Assembly: GCA_050253415.1 (NCBI GenBank) | Contig: JBFWJC010000001.1 | Location: forward strand, 872,679 to 936,678 | DNA: 64,000 nucleotides | From: Pedobacter sp. | Lineage (GTDB): Bacteria > Desulfobacterota > Desulfuromonadia > Desulfuromonadales > Syntrophotaleaceae | Reading direction: 5' to 3' | Shown here: one piece after another, positions 9,687 through 18,591 of the stretch | How positions within the stretch are numbered: position 1 is the stretch's first letter | Layout: each line of letters starts with the position of its first letter | The notes under the pieces: generated by a model | What the model was told of the DNA's origin: nothing | Seen by the model: only the letters and a program-made list of their open reading frames with translations | Database searches by the model: none | Made by a program: the position numbers and the translations under genes

Positions 9687-10430
9687 ATGATAACCGACCC
9701 TTATTTTTATATGATCGCCATCCCGGCTGTTCTGCTGTACGGCATGTCCAAGGGAGGGCTTGGGCCTGCCATCGGCAGCATCGTTGTGCCGGCCATGGCG
9801 CTTGTCATCAATCCGGTGAAGGCCGCCGCCATTATGCTGCCGATCCTCTGCGTCATGGACCTTTTCGCCGTATGGCGTTTCCGGAAGAGCTACGATATTC
9901 ACCACCTTAAAATTCTTATCCCCGCAGGGATCGTGGGTATTGTTATCGCTTCGCTGTTTCTGGGGCATCTCTCTCCTGCTACCATCAGACTGATGATAGG
10001 TCTTATTGCGGTTGTTTTCTGTCTCAATTACTGGTTAAGAGGTCCCTCGAGCAACAACAAAAAAGGCGGCAGGCTCAGCGGTTATCTCTGGGGGACCCTG
10101 GCTGGGTTCACCAGCACCCAGATCCATGCGGGCGGTCCGCCTGTCACGATCTATCTGCTGCCCCAGAACCTCGACAAGGTTGTTCTCATGGGGACCATGG
10201 CCGTATTTTTTACGGTGATCAACTATCTCAAGCTCATTCCCTACACAATCCTCGGTGCGCTCGATGCGGCGAACCTCACAACCTCCCTGGTGCTTATGCC
10301 GCTGGCGCCCATCGGCGTCAAGTTGGGCTATGTGGTCCTGCATAGAGCCCCTCAAAAGCACATCTACCAATTCCTCTATGTTGCCTTATTTCTGTCCGGT
10401 GCAAAACTGCTGTACGATGGGATATTTTAA
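9687..10430 (+). CDS. Sulfite exporter TauE/SafE family protein
   Basis: GMSKGG, LPILCVMD, HAGGPP and NYLKLIPY; multiple TM segments. Confidence 0.9.
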   Translation: MITDPYFYMIAIPAVLLYGMSKGGLGPAIGSIVVPAMALVINPVKAAAIMLPILCVMDLFAVWRFRKSYDIHHLKILIPAGIVGIVIASLFLGHLSPATIRLMIGLIAVVFCLNYWLRGPSSNNKKGGRLSGYLWGTLAGFTSTQIHAGGPPVTIYLLPQNLDKVVLMGTMAVFFTVINYLKLIPYTILGALDAANLTTSLVLMPLAPIGVKLGYVVLHRAPQKHIYQFLYVALFLSGAKLLYDGIF

Positions 10431-10447
10431 CGGATGCGTTTTGCCGG

Positions 10448-10846
10448 TCACGCCCAGAAATCGGATCCGATTTCGATAAGATTGCCCTCCGGGTCCGCAA
10501 TCATCGAAGAGCGCATTTTCCACGGTTCGTTACGTGGTGCATAGATCGGTGTCGCGCCGGACTCGATCAGTCGCTGGAAGGTGGCATCGACATTCTCGGG
10601 CGCGCCGACGTTGATGGCCAGTTCAAACGTGCCATTGATCCCGCTGGGATAGGATGGTTGCCGGCCGAGTAGCTCGGGCAACATTGCGCGCTCGAACATG
10701 GCAAACCGGATACCCTCATGCTTGAATTCCGCGTAAGGCCCCTGACCGTCCCAATCGATGTCCATGCCGAGAACATCTCTATAAAAATGCACCATCTTTT
10801 CCAGGTTGCGCACGAACAGCCCGATCATATCAAAGCGTAACTTCAT
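10448..10846 (-). CDS. VOC/glyoxalase family protein
   Basis: FYRDVLG, PRNEPW and DPEGNLIEI. Confidence 0.9.
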   Translation of the reverse strand: MKLRFDMIGLFVRNLEKMVHFYRDVLGMDIDWDGQGPYAEFKHEGIRFAMFERAMLPELLGRQPSYPSGINGTFELAINVGAPENVDATFQRLIESGATPIYAPRNEPWKMRSSMIADPEGNLIEIGSDFWA

Positions 10847-10968
10847 GGTGTCTCCAATGGGTGTTTTCTGCTGCGAACCGATATTTATGAACCTGTCTTG
10901 AGCAACCTGTTGTCAATCATCCAAATTTTCACTTCGGCCCGTATAGTCCGACAGGCTCCTGGGAAGCA

Positions 10969-13392
10969 TCAGGAGCCGGGGCGGTCCTTGTTTGGGTTTT
11001 GAAGGGACAGGTTTTCCAGCGCGTGGGTATCGATGGATCGCAGGTGCAGATCATGTTGAGGGAAGGGTATTTCCACGCCTTGCTGGTGAAAACTTTCATC
11101 GATGGCTATCAACAGATCGCTTTTGACCTGCAGTCTGTGCGTGGCTTTTTCCACCCAGGCCCGTAATTCAAAGATCATGGCGCTATCGCCAAACTCCACA
11201 AACAGGGGAGAGGGCGGCGGGTCGGCGAGTACTTTCGGGTGTTGGGCCGCACATTCGGTTAAAATCTCCAATACCTTTTTCACGTTCGTGCCATAAGCCA
11301 CCCCGACCTTGACCACTACTCGGCTCTGTTCGCTGGATAAGGTCCAGTTGGTGACTTTTTGCGAGATCAAATCGGAGTTGGGGACGATGATTTCGGACTG
11401 GTCAAAGGTTTCCACGATGGTGGCCCGCAAACCGATCTTTCTTACCGTACACCATTCCGTATCGATCATCACCATGTCACCGACCTTGACCGGGCGTTCG
11501 AACAACAGAACCAGACCGCTGACGAAATTGTTGACGATATGCTGCAGACCGAAGCCGATACCGATACCCAGGGCGCCGGCCAGTACCACAAAGTTTTTCA
11601 GCTCAAATCCGAGCAGGCTTATGGCCAGCAGAAAGCCGACGGTAATCACCCCATAGTGCAGCAATTTCAGGATGGAATCGCGCACGCCGTGATCGACGCT
11701 TCGGGACGGGAAAAACTCGGTTTCCAGCAGTGCGCCGAGTATCCAGGATCCCTGGATGGACACATAGAAGGTTAACACCGCCAGCAGCACCAAATGCATG
11801 GAGACCTTCTTTTCCCCCAGCGTGAATCCCGACTCCAGAAAAGCCCGCCACGCCTGCCCGGCACTTGGAAAAATGCCCCAAACCTCCATCAGGTAAAAAA
11901 CAACATAACCGAGGATAACCCCAAACAGTAGCTTTCTAAGGTGTATTCTCAGTTCGTCGCCGAACTGGACAACAAACAGGCGACGCTGCAGTATCGGCAG
12001 CTTAAGCAGGTATTGGAAGCTGCCGCGTCCCAGATGCAGGGTCATCCAGGAGAACAATCCCAAAAAAACCGTTTTCATGGATGACTCGAAGAGACGCGAG
12101 GACAGAGCGCTGTAACCGATCCACTGGGCAACGAAACAACAGAACAGCACCAGCGCTCCCAGGCGCAGCGCCAAAATGAAATAATCGTTTCGACGTCCCG
12201 GTACCTTGCGGTGGCGGGCGGCAAGGACCAGAAGAAACGGGATCCCCAGTAAAGACAACAAGGCAAGATAGAGGCGATACAGAGGCAGAGGCAGGGCAAT
12301 GATCTGCAGTCCCAGGGTCAGTACGTATATCCCGGCCAGGACGTAAATCATAAGTTTTTTGCGTGGATCATATAGTAATCCGGAGATCAGCACGGCAGAG
12401 GAAGAGGCGGCCAAAAATGCCAGCAGCCAGCGCCACAGTGCGGGGGGGGCCGAATAGAGGGATCCGCAGGCAATGGTGGCAACAAAGATGGCGGTGGCCA
12501 GGGGGTGCAGAATGATGAATTGCCATTCCGTTTCCTCCTGTTCCCTGCGGCTTTTGTGGACCAGGAAACCGGCTAGCAAAGTGGCGATAAGTAATTGGAG
12601 CCCCACCAGCCAGCCCTGAGTTCGGAAGAACTCGCCACCTATGCCGGAAACGCCTTCCAGTCCCTTCTTTGCCGCATCCAGCAGGGATCGGTCAAATTGA
12701 TTGTAAAAATGTGGGCTGGTAAATGATCTGGCGGTTTTCTGGAAGGTTTTGCCCTGCATGGTCTGCAGCATAGTATCCACAGTGGCCAGCAACGTGAGGC
12801 ATTTTTCCTGCAGTTGGATCACTTCCCCCTGCAGGCTGATGAGGGGAGCGCTGGCTGCCACGATCCGTTGCTGGGTTCGTTTACTTTCCTCTGCGGCCTC
12901 CTTAAAGACGGCTTGTTGGGTTTTCAGCAGATCTTTCGGTATCGATTCGCGCCATTGTCGCCAGAATGCCTCATGCTCCTGCCAGGTTTGCCGCAGGGAA
13001 TCGAGTTCTTGCAGGCGGGCGGATATGCCGCTCAGGAGGGAGTCCAGATTACTCTGATGTTCCACCAATTGGCTGCGGGTATCCAGGCTGCGGTCAAAAT
13101 TCCAGCCGGTAGGGTTGGTAAGATTTTTCGTTTCGCGAGCCAATGTCTCGGCTTTTTCACGGGCGAGTTGTAATGGCTCCGTGAAGGAATCGGTTTCCTT
13201 CAGGACTTCCAGTCGTACATTCAGATCCGAGCTTTGTTGTTTGAGGTTAGCGAGACGGGGGATGAGTTCGGCGATCCCCGGCGGATTGACCGATGGCGTA
13301 ATGCGATCGGATTCGGTTTCAGCGGCCGAACGGCCCAACATCAGGGAGGAAAGCAGCAGGCAGAATAGCAGGCAGCGAATGAACCCTTTCAT
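10969..13392 (-). CDS. Large MscS-family mechanosensitive channel (MscK-like)
   Basis: Signal peptide, coiled-coil periplasmic region, many TM segments; GIGFGLQHIVNNFVSG and IIVPNS. Confidence 0.92.
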   Translation of the reverse strand: MKGFIRCLLFCLLLSSLMLGRSAAETESDRITPSVNPPGIAELIPRLANLKQQSSDLNVRLEVLKETDSFTEPLQLAREKAETLARETKNLTNPTGWNFDRSLDTRSQLVEHQSNLDSLLSGISARLQELDSLRQTWQEHEAFWRQWRESIPKDLLKTQQAVFKEAAEESKRTQQRIVAASAPLISLQGEVIQLQEKCLTLLATVDTMLQTMQGKTFQKTARSFTSPHFYNQFDRSLLDAAKKGLEGVSGIGGEFFRTQGWLVGLQLLIATLLAGFLVHKSRREQEETEWQFIILHPLATAIFVATIACGSLYSAPPALWRWLLAFLAASSSAVLISGLLYDPRKKLMIYVLAGIYVLTLGLQIIALPLPLYRLYLALLSLLGIPFLLVLAARHRKVPGRRNDYFILALRLGALVLFCCFVAQWIGYSALSSRLFESSMKTVFLGLFSWMTLHLGRGSFQYLLKLPILQRRLFVVQFGDELRIHLRKLLFGVILGYVVFYLMEVWGIFPSAGQAWRAFLESGFTLGEKKVSMHLVLLAVLTFYVSIQGSWILGALLETEFFPSRSVDHGVRDSILKLLHYGVITVGFLLAISLLGFELKNFVVLAGALGIGIGFGLQHIVNNFVSGLVLLFERPVKVGDMVMIDTEWCTVRKIGLRATIVETFDQSEIIVPNSDLISQKVTNWTLSSEQSRVVVKVGVAYGTNVKKVLEILTECAAQHPKVLADPPPSPLFVEFGDSAMIFELRAWVEKATHRLQVKSDLLIAIDESFHQQGVEIPFPQHDLHLRSIDTHALENLSLQNPNKDRPGS

Positions 13393-13770
13393 AAACGGTG
13401 CTCCCAATAAAGACGGCGCCCCAGGTCAAAGGGGCGTCTTCGGCGAGAGAAAAAGGCGTTTCAGGGTGCAAGGTATGTTTATTTTACCGTATTTTTCGAG
13501 GTCCATGTCACGGTGTTTAATCCCGGCGGGGCTTAGACTCTTCAGGAGAGGATGGGACAAGTTGTTAATTAAAAAGGTAGAGTTTGACTCTCCTGATTGA
13601 TTCTCGTAAATTAAATGTGTCTTGTCTCCATGATCAATGGACGCGTTATCACGCAACCCTGGAGTGCTTGCCGAATTGCCGATTATTCCGAGGCAGGAGA
13701 AAACGTTTGGTTGTGCAGGGGTATAATAGGCACAACTACCACCGAGGGAACCGTGGAATGTGTGCATTAA

Positions 13771-15087
13771 ATGATGGTCAGCAAGGAAATCACAGGTGAA
13801 AATATGACATTCCCAGACCTGAAACCGGATCCTTATTTTGAGAATGCTTTGGATTGCAGCGAAGATCCCCGGATCATGCTGCGCAAGTTTTTTTGGATTG
13901 GTCTGCTGTGTCTGTCGGTGTTGCTGGTCCTGGCGACGTATGGTATCTACCGGGTTTTCAGTTGGCGTCTCGTGGAGACAGCCAGTGCTGAGGCGCAAGC
14001 TATTTGTCAGGTGGTTTTGGTTAAGGAGAAGAAGTATCTGCTTGCCTTTGACGAACAGGGGCAGGCCCGATTGGAATTGCAGTCTGGTGAAAAGGCGGGT
14101 TTCGAGAGGCGTCTTCAGCAATATCTCAAGCCGTTTGATGTCGATGCTGTGTGGGTGTGGGATCTGCGGCACAGGGTCATCAATCGTGTCGGCGATGAGC
14201 AGAGTACTCCCGTGGTCAAGCAATCCCAGGCACTTGAACAGGCGCTGGCCGGGGGCAGTATCTCTCGTCTGGAAAAAAGCTCTGAAGCTTCCTTTCGGGG
14301 AGGAATACCTTATGATTCCAGGGAGCAAATGGTTAGTTACCTGCCGATATGGGGCCGCGATAACGAGGTATTGGGGGCTTTCGAGATCAGGCGGAGCATT
14401 GAACGCTACCGAGGAGAAATGCGCCGGGGGGTGATGTTTTCCGCTGTATTGTTGGGATCGGTGTTGCTTTCCCTGTTTACCTGCGTCTTTCTTCTCGTCA
14501 AAAAGGGGGTGCAACGACTGGCCAAAGCCCAGGATATTTTGCACGCCCTGGCTACGATTGATGCACTGACCGGCATTTATAATCGGCGGGAAGTTCTGGC
14601 CAGGGCCGAGGAGCGTTTTTCGGAGCGGAGGGGCGGCAATCGCCGGAATATCCCTGAAGACTTCAGTATCCTGATGCTTGATTTCGATGACTTCAAAAAC
14701 ATCAACGACAGCTACGGTCACCCGGTTGGAGACCGGGTATTGCAAGAACTGGCCTGCCGTATTCAGGCTGTGTTGGGTCCGTCAGATATCGTGGGGAGGG
14801 TTGGCGGTGAAGAGTTTTTGGTTGTTCTTCCCGATAGCAACTCCCGGCAGTGCCAGGAAGTCGCCGAGCAGTTGCGCCAGGCGGTGCGGGAAAGGCCTTT
14901 TGAGCTGGGCGACCTGCAGGTCTATGGTTCGGTCAGCATCGGTGCCGCAACCGCCCACTCCTTGGACCCGGGTCTTGAACCTCTTTTGCAACGGGCCGAC
15001 AAAGGGCTTTATCGTGCTAAAAATCTTGGAAAGGATTTTACCTGCTGGGAAGACGAGTCTGTGTCCGGTGCCGGAGCTTTTGAATAA
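13771..15087 (+). CDS. Membrane diguanylate cyclase (2 TM plus periplasmic sensor)
   Basis: DFDDFKNIND, GHPVGD and GGEEF; no RxxD I-site; true start may be 13804 or later. Confidence 0.9.
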   Translation: MMVSKEITGENMTFPDLKPDPYFENALDCSEDPRIMLRKFFWIGLLCLSVLLVLATYGIYRVFSWRLVETASAEAQAICQVVLVKEKKYLLAFDEQGQARLELQSGEKAGFERRLQQYLKPFDVDAVWVWDLRHRVINRVGDEQSTPVVKQSQALEQALAGGSISRLEKSSEASFRGGIPYDSREQMVSYLPIWGRDNEVLGAFEIRRSIERYRGEMRRGVMFSAVLLGSVLLSLFTCVFLLVKKGVQRLAKAQDILHALATIDALTGIYNRREVLARAEERFSERRGGNRRNIPEDFSILMLDFDDFKNINDSYGHPVGDRVLQELACRIQAVLGPSDIVGRVGGEEFLVVLPDSNSRQCQEVAEQLRQAVRERPFELGDLQVYGSVSIGAATAHSLDPGLEPLLQRADKGLYRAKNLGKDFTCWEDESVSGAGAFE

Positions 15088-15093
15088 AAATCA

Positions 15094-15250
15094 TGCCCCG
15101 TGCGGTTAATCGTGTCAAGCCATTGGGAGAATGTTCAGGGGCGGCAAGATGACGCTCCTGGAGGCATGGCCCGGCTTTACGTCAAGTAAGCGCGACGCTG
15201 CCAGCGCCGAAGTGGCTTGAATTCGAAATCAGGATTAACCGCACGGGGCA
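15094..15250. repeat. 157-bp nested palindromic (MITE-like) element
   Basis: Perfect 18-bp terminal inverted repeat tgccccgtgcggttaatc/gattaaccgcacggggca; inner pairs tcaagcca/tggcttga and tgacg/cgtca. Confidence 0.65.
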
Positions 15251-15254
15251 CAAA

Positions 15255-15596
15255 CTAGGATTTTTTTACAAACTCCGATTTCAACTTCATGGCGCCAATG
15301 CCATCAATTTTACAATCGATATCGTGGTCGCCATCAACCAGGCGAATATTTTTAACCTTGGTGCCGACTTTTACAACAAGCGAGGATCCTTTTACTTTCA
15401 GGTCCTTGATAACCGTTATGGAATCACCATCTTTGAGCTCATTGCCGTGGGCGTCGCGAATCACTTTTGCATTTTCTTCTTCGCTTGCAGCGCCATCCTT
15501 CGCCCATTCGTAGCCACATTCCGGACAAATATACATGTTTCTGTCTTCATAAGTATATTCGGAGCCACATTTGATACATTTGGGAAGTTCACTCAT
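15255..15596 (-). CDS. yjdM: Zinc-ribbon protein YjdM (PhnA family)
   Basis: [26 protein letters not shown] and [10 protein letters not shown]. Confidence 0.93.
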   Translation of the reverse strand: MSELPKCIKCGSEYTYEDRNMYICPECGYEWAKDGAASEEENAKVIRDAHGNELKDGDSITVIKDLKVKGSSLVVKVGTKVKNIRLVDGDHDIDCKIDGIGAMKLKSEFVKKS

Positions 15597-15853
15597 TACG
15601 TCTCCTTCTGGGAACTGGCGGACGGATTTTTAAAAATGTCGCCAGGCCGACAACTCGGTCTTGCAATCATTTTGACCTCCGCCATGTTTGAAATACGTAT
15701 ATGTCTCTTTGATTTAGCCGTTGAATATAGTCAGGATGCCATGGTTTGTCATCCCAAAAATGATCGTGGTATCGCCAATGACAATCGGCGATACCACGTA
15801 CTCGGCTCTGGGGAGTATGCCATAAACGGCAGAAGTTTTGAGTTTGAAGCCAT

Positions 15854-16537
15854 TCAGGCAGGTTGCAACAATTTCAGCATTTCTGTTGCGACGGGGGCTG
15901 AAGATGCGGGATTTTGCCCTGTCACAAGTTTTTCGTCCACCACAACATGGGAGGCCCAGTCGTCACCCTTTTCGTAGATGGCACCTCGCTCTTTAAGCTT
16001 ATTTTCAAGCAAAAAAGGGAGAACCTTTGATAGCCCTACCGCATCTTCCTCCGAGTTGGAAAAACCGGTTATGTGCTTGCCCTTGATGAAATACTCCCCG
16101 CTTTTTTCTCGCACATTGATCAGCACGACAGGTGCGTGACAAACTGCGCCAACCGCTTTATCGGCCCGCACGAACGCCTCAATCAGGGCGATGGACGCGG
16201 CGTTGTCAGGCATGTCCCATATGGGGCCGTGCCCTCCCGGATAGAAAATACCATCGAAATCGTCGGCCGAGATGTCCGCCAGTATTTGCGTGCGCATAAG
16301 CTGGACTTGGGCGGAAGAATCTGCGCCAAAGCGTTTCGTCGCTTCGGTTTGAAACTCCGGCAGTTCGCTTTTCGGATCGACGGGTGGTCGCCCGCCCTTG
16401 GGTGAGGCGAGCACGATATCTACTCCGGCATCTTTCAGGATGTAGTAGGGAGCGGCAAATTCTTCCAGCCAGAAGCCGGTTTTTTCCTCGGTGTTACCGA
16501 GTTGGTCATGAGATGTGAGCACCATGAGGACTTTCAT
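15854..16537 (-). CDS. DJ-1/PfpI family type 1 glutamine amidotransferase-like protein
   Basis: TGFWLEEFAAPYY, PGGHGP, AVCH and TGQNPAS. Confidence 0.93.
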   Translation of the reverse strand: MKVLMVLTSHDQLGNTEEKTGFWLEEFAAPYYILKDAGVDIVLASPKGGRPPVDPKSELPEFQTEATKRFGADSSAQVQLMRTQILADISADDFDGIFYPGGHGPIWDMPDNAASIALIEAFVRADKAVGAVCHAPVVLINVREKSGEYFIKGKHITGFSNSEEDAVGLSKVLPFLLENKLKERGAIYEKGDDWASHVVVDEKLVTGQNPASSAPVATEMLKLLQPA

Positions 16538-16694
16538 GTACGTGCCTCCTTTTGGGTTGAGAAGTCGCCCTAAAAAGGAAGTATAGCATGCCCGTTATGT
16601 CTGAAAATAAGCGCTGTTTTGCAAGGAGGGCATGTTTTTACTTCTGGCACGGTGCCGGATAAACCTGTCGGGATGGAAATCATGATCGTTGCGG

Positions 16695-17012
16695 TTATAG
16701 GGGGGGCGAAGTCACATCCTGCGGGTTTTCCGCCTCTGAATTTTCAGTTAGGGAACCCTTAAACGCAGTATAGGGTAGCAGGAGGGTGTCGGCGACAATA
16801 CTTAAGGGCATATCCACAATCGCAATAGGCCAAAACACCTTGAGAACGCCAGTGGACTCGTGTGTAGCTGCTGCAATCATCATTGCATCCACGCGGGTGC
16901 CGCAATACATGCGAGAACTGCCGCAATGGGATCTTTCTTCAAAGGTCTCTGAAAGGGTTGCACAGCCAGTTGTCAAAAGTACTGTGATCATAACCGTACA
17001 TATCCAGCGCAT
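16695..17012 (-). CDS. YceK/YidQ (DUF1375) family lipoprotein
   Basis: Lipobox LTTGC; YCGTRVD and DMPLSIVADTLLLPY; start 17012 or 17021. Confidence 0.82.
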   Translation of the reverse strand: MRWICTVMITVLLTTGCATLSETFEERSHCGSSRMYCGTRVDAMMIAAATHESTGVLKVFWPIAIVDMPLSIVADTLLLPYTAFKGSLTENSEAENPQDVTSPPL

Positions 17013-17070
17013 ATGTTGCATTTTCCTAGATCGGGCGATGATTGTGTTCCCGATACACAAGGGGATAGCC

Positions 17071-17487
17071 TCAGGGCATTTCGGTAATGCCGAAATACTC
17101 AAGGCTAAGCATGAATGCCATGGCCACTATGAAGAACACAACAAGACAGGCAATGCTGACGAAAAACACGCACCAGTTCGACTGGAATGTCAGACAATCT
17201 GAGTCAACGATGGTTTGCCTGGTGAATTGGTATTTCTCGATGATCATTCTGGTGGAAACAGTGGTCGCGAAAGGGATGACCATGTTCGGGAATTTATCCG
17301 GCAGGAAAGGCAGGATACCAATAATGACCAGCAATAGAATCGTTCCAAGCAGCACGGTCTTTTTTTCTGCAACAGGATTTTTCAGGACCTGGAAGTTTTT
17401 TCTGAGAAAAATGACCGATGCCAACGGTCCGCCGAGAAAAGTCCCCCAAACAGCCTGTGTCGGAGAGTAAATGTATTGCTTATCCAA
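17071..17487 (-). CDS. Hypothetical membrane protein
   Basis: About 4 hydrophobic segments; GTFLGGPLA; GGAGG RBS before TTG. Confidence 0.72.
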   Translation of the reverse strand: MDKQYIYSPTQAVWGTFLGGPLASVIFLRKNFQVLKNPVAEKKTVLLGTILLLVIIGILPFLPDKFPNMVIPFATTVSTRMIIEKYQFTRQTIVDSDCLTFQSNWCVFFVSIACLVVFFIVAMAFMLSLEYFGITEMP

Positions 17488-17763
17488 TGAAGCCTCCCAT
17501 TAAAAGTTGGGGCCATAACTCCGTTAATGCCCAGCATGCCTGGCGTCGTAGCCATGAAGGGATTTGCCGATGTAATGTGGTAGGTAGGCAGCTGCGAACC
17601 AAAACATCTACGGGATTCACGTGGATAGATCATAAAAAAGCCAGGGGAGGTGATATTCATTTGATGTTCATGGTTGCGTTTCCTGGTCCGAAAGGCTTGA
17701 GCGTTCAGATAATGTCTATGTGCCATCTGCGAGCGATAACTATCCCCATTTACGCCACAAGGC

Positions 17764-18234
17764 CTAATTTGCAACGCTTCTTGTTGCGACCACATCCGCA
17801 TACAGTGTTGTGAAATCCTGATTGGGATTGCAAACGTCCACATCTCCGGAAAAATGACCTTCCATCACAGGTTTAAGTTCAAAAGACACCGAAATCGATT
17901 CTCCGGGCGCAACCTGTTTTTCGAAGCTCCAGCTACGTTGGTTAACGAGTGGTACGTGCATGGTGTCGGTTGGTTCAGGTGCAATGCCGACGACCTGGAA
18001 TCCGGAAAGAAAGGAATCATCCATGTCAACGCTATCCAGGGTCACAGGCTCTTTGTGGGGGTTGGAAGCGGTGATAACCATGCTCACCGTTGATCCCATG
18101 GCGACCTCGGAGGGCAGAGACAGTGTTGTATCGAGAACCGGCAGCTCCCGAACCAGCAGGAACCACAGGGCAAAGGTACCGACAGCTACGAGCAATGCCG
18201 TTGCTCCGAGACAACCTATGATAACTCTCTTCAT
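17764..18234 (-). CDS. Hypothetical membrane-anchored beta-rich (Ig-like) protein
   Basis: N-terminal TM segment, beta-strand pattern (PGESISVSFEL); AAGGA RBS. Confidence 0.65.
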   Translation of the reverse strand: MKRVIIGCLGATALLVAVGTFALWFLLVRELPVLDTTLSLPSEVAMGSTVSMVITASNPHKEPVTLDSVDMDDSFLSGFQVVGIAPEPTDTMHVPLVNQRSWSFEKQVAPGESISVSFELKPVMEGHFSGDVDVCNPNQDFTTLYADVVATRSVAN

Positions 18235-18478
18235 TTGTTTCCTTTCGAAGGCAACGCTGAAGTTGTTCAACTTTAGCAATTGGATAAAGGTCCCAGCGTA
18301 TTGAACAGGAACAGGATTGGAGGCATGTCCTTTGGCTTGTGTACCATTGCACTGTTGGTCATGGCGTCAGAGATGATTCTTTAAATCCCTGTCATGACGA
18401 TGGGGGGCGGCAATAACGGTCACCGATGCAGGTCTGGTTTTTATTTATGCCAGCTTTGATGTTAAACATGAGAAATGG

Positions 18479-18512
18479 AACCTGCCGCAGGATCTTTCAT
18501 CTACGGCAGGTT
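18479..18512 (-). terminator. Hairpin downstream of PBP1A
   Basis: aacctgccg/cggcaggtt stem. Confidence 0.45.
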
Positions 18513-18591
18513 ATTAGAATTAACTATTGAAGACAAGGGAAAATTATAGATTGTTTTGGACTTGTAGCCGATCTCGCCCTTCTCTGAGTTT

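Noticed and set aside
10945..10959. agtccgacaggctcc resembling an IS or MITE end
   Set aside because: Only a short, imperfect partner nearby and no transposase
7578..15087. GGDEF proteins at 7578 and 13771 (and at 52071) as Hypr cGAMP synthases
   Set aside because: All retain canonical GHxxGD
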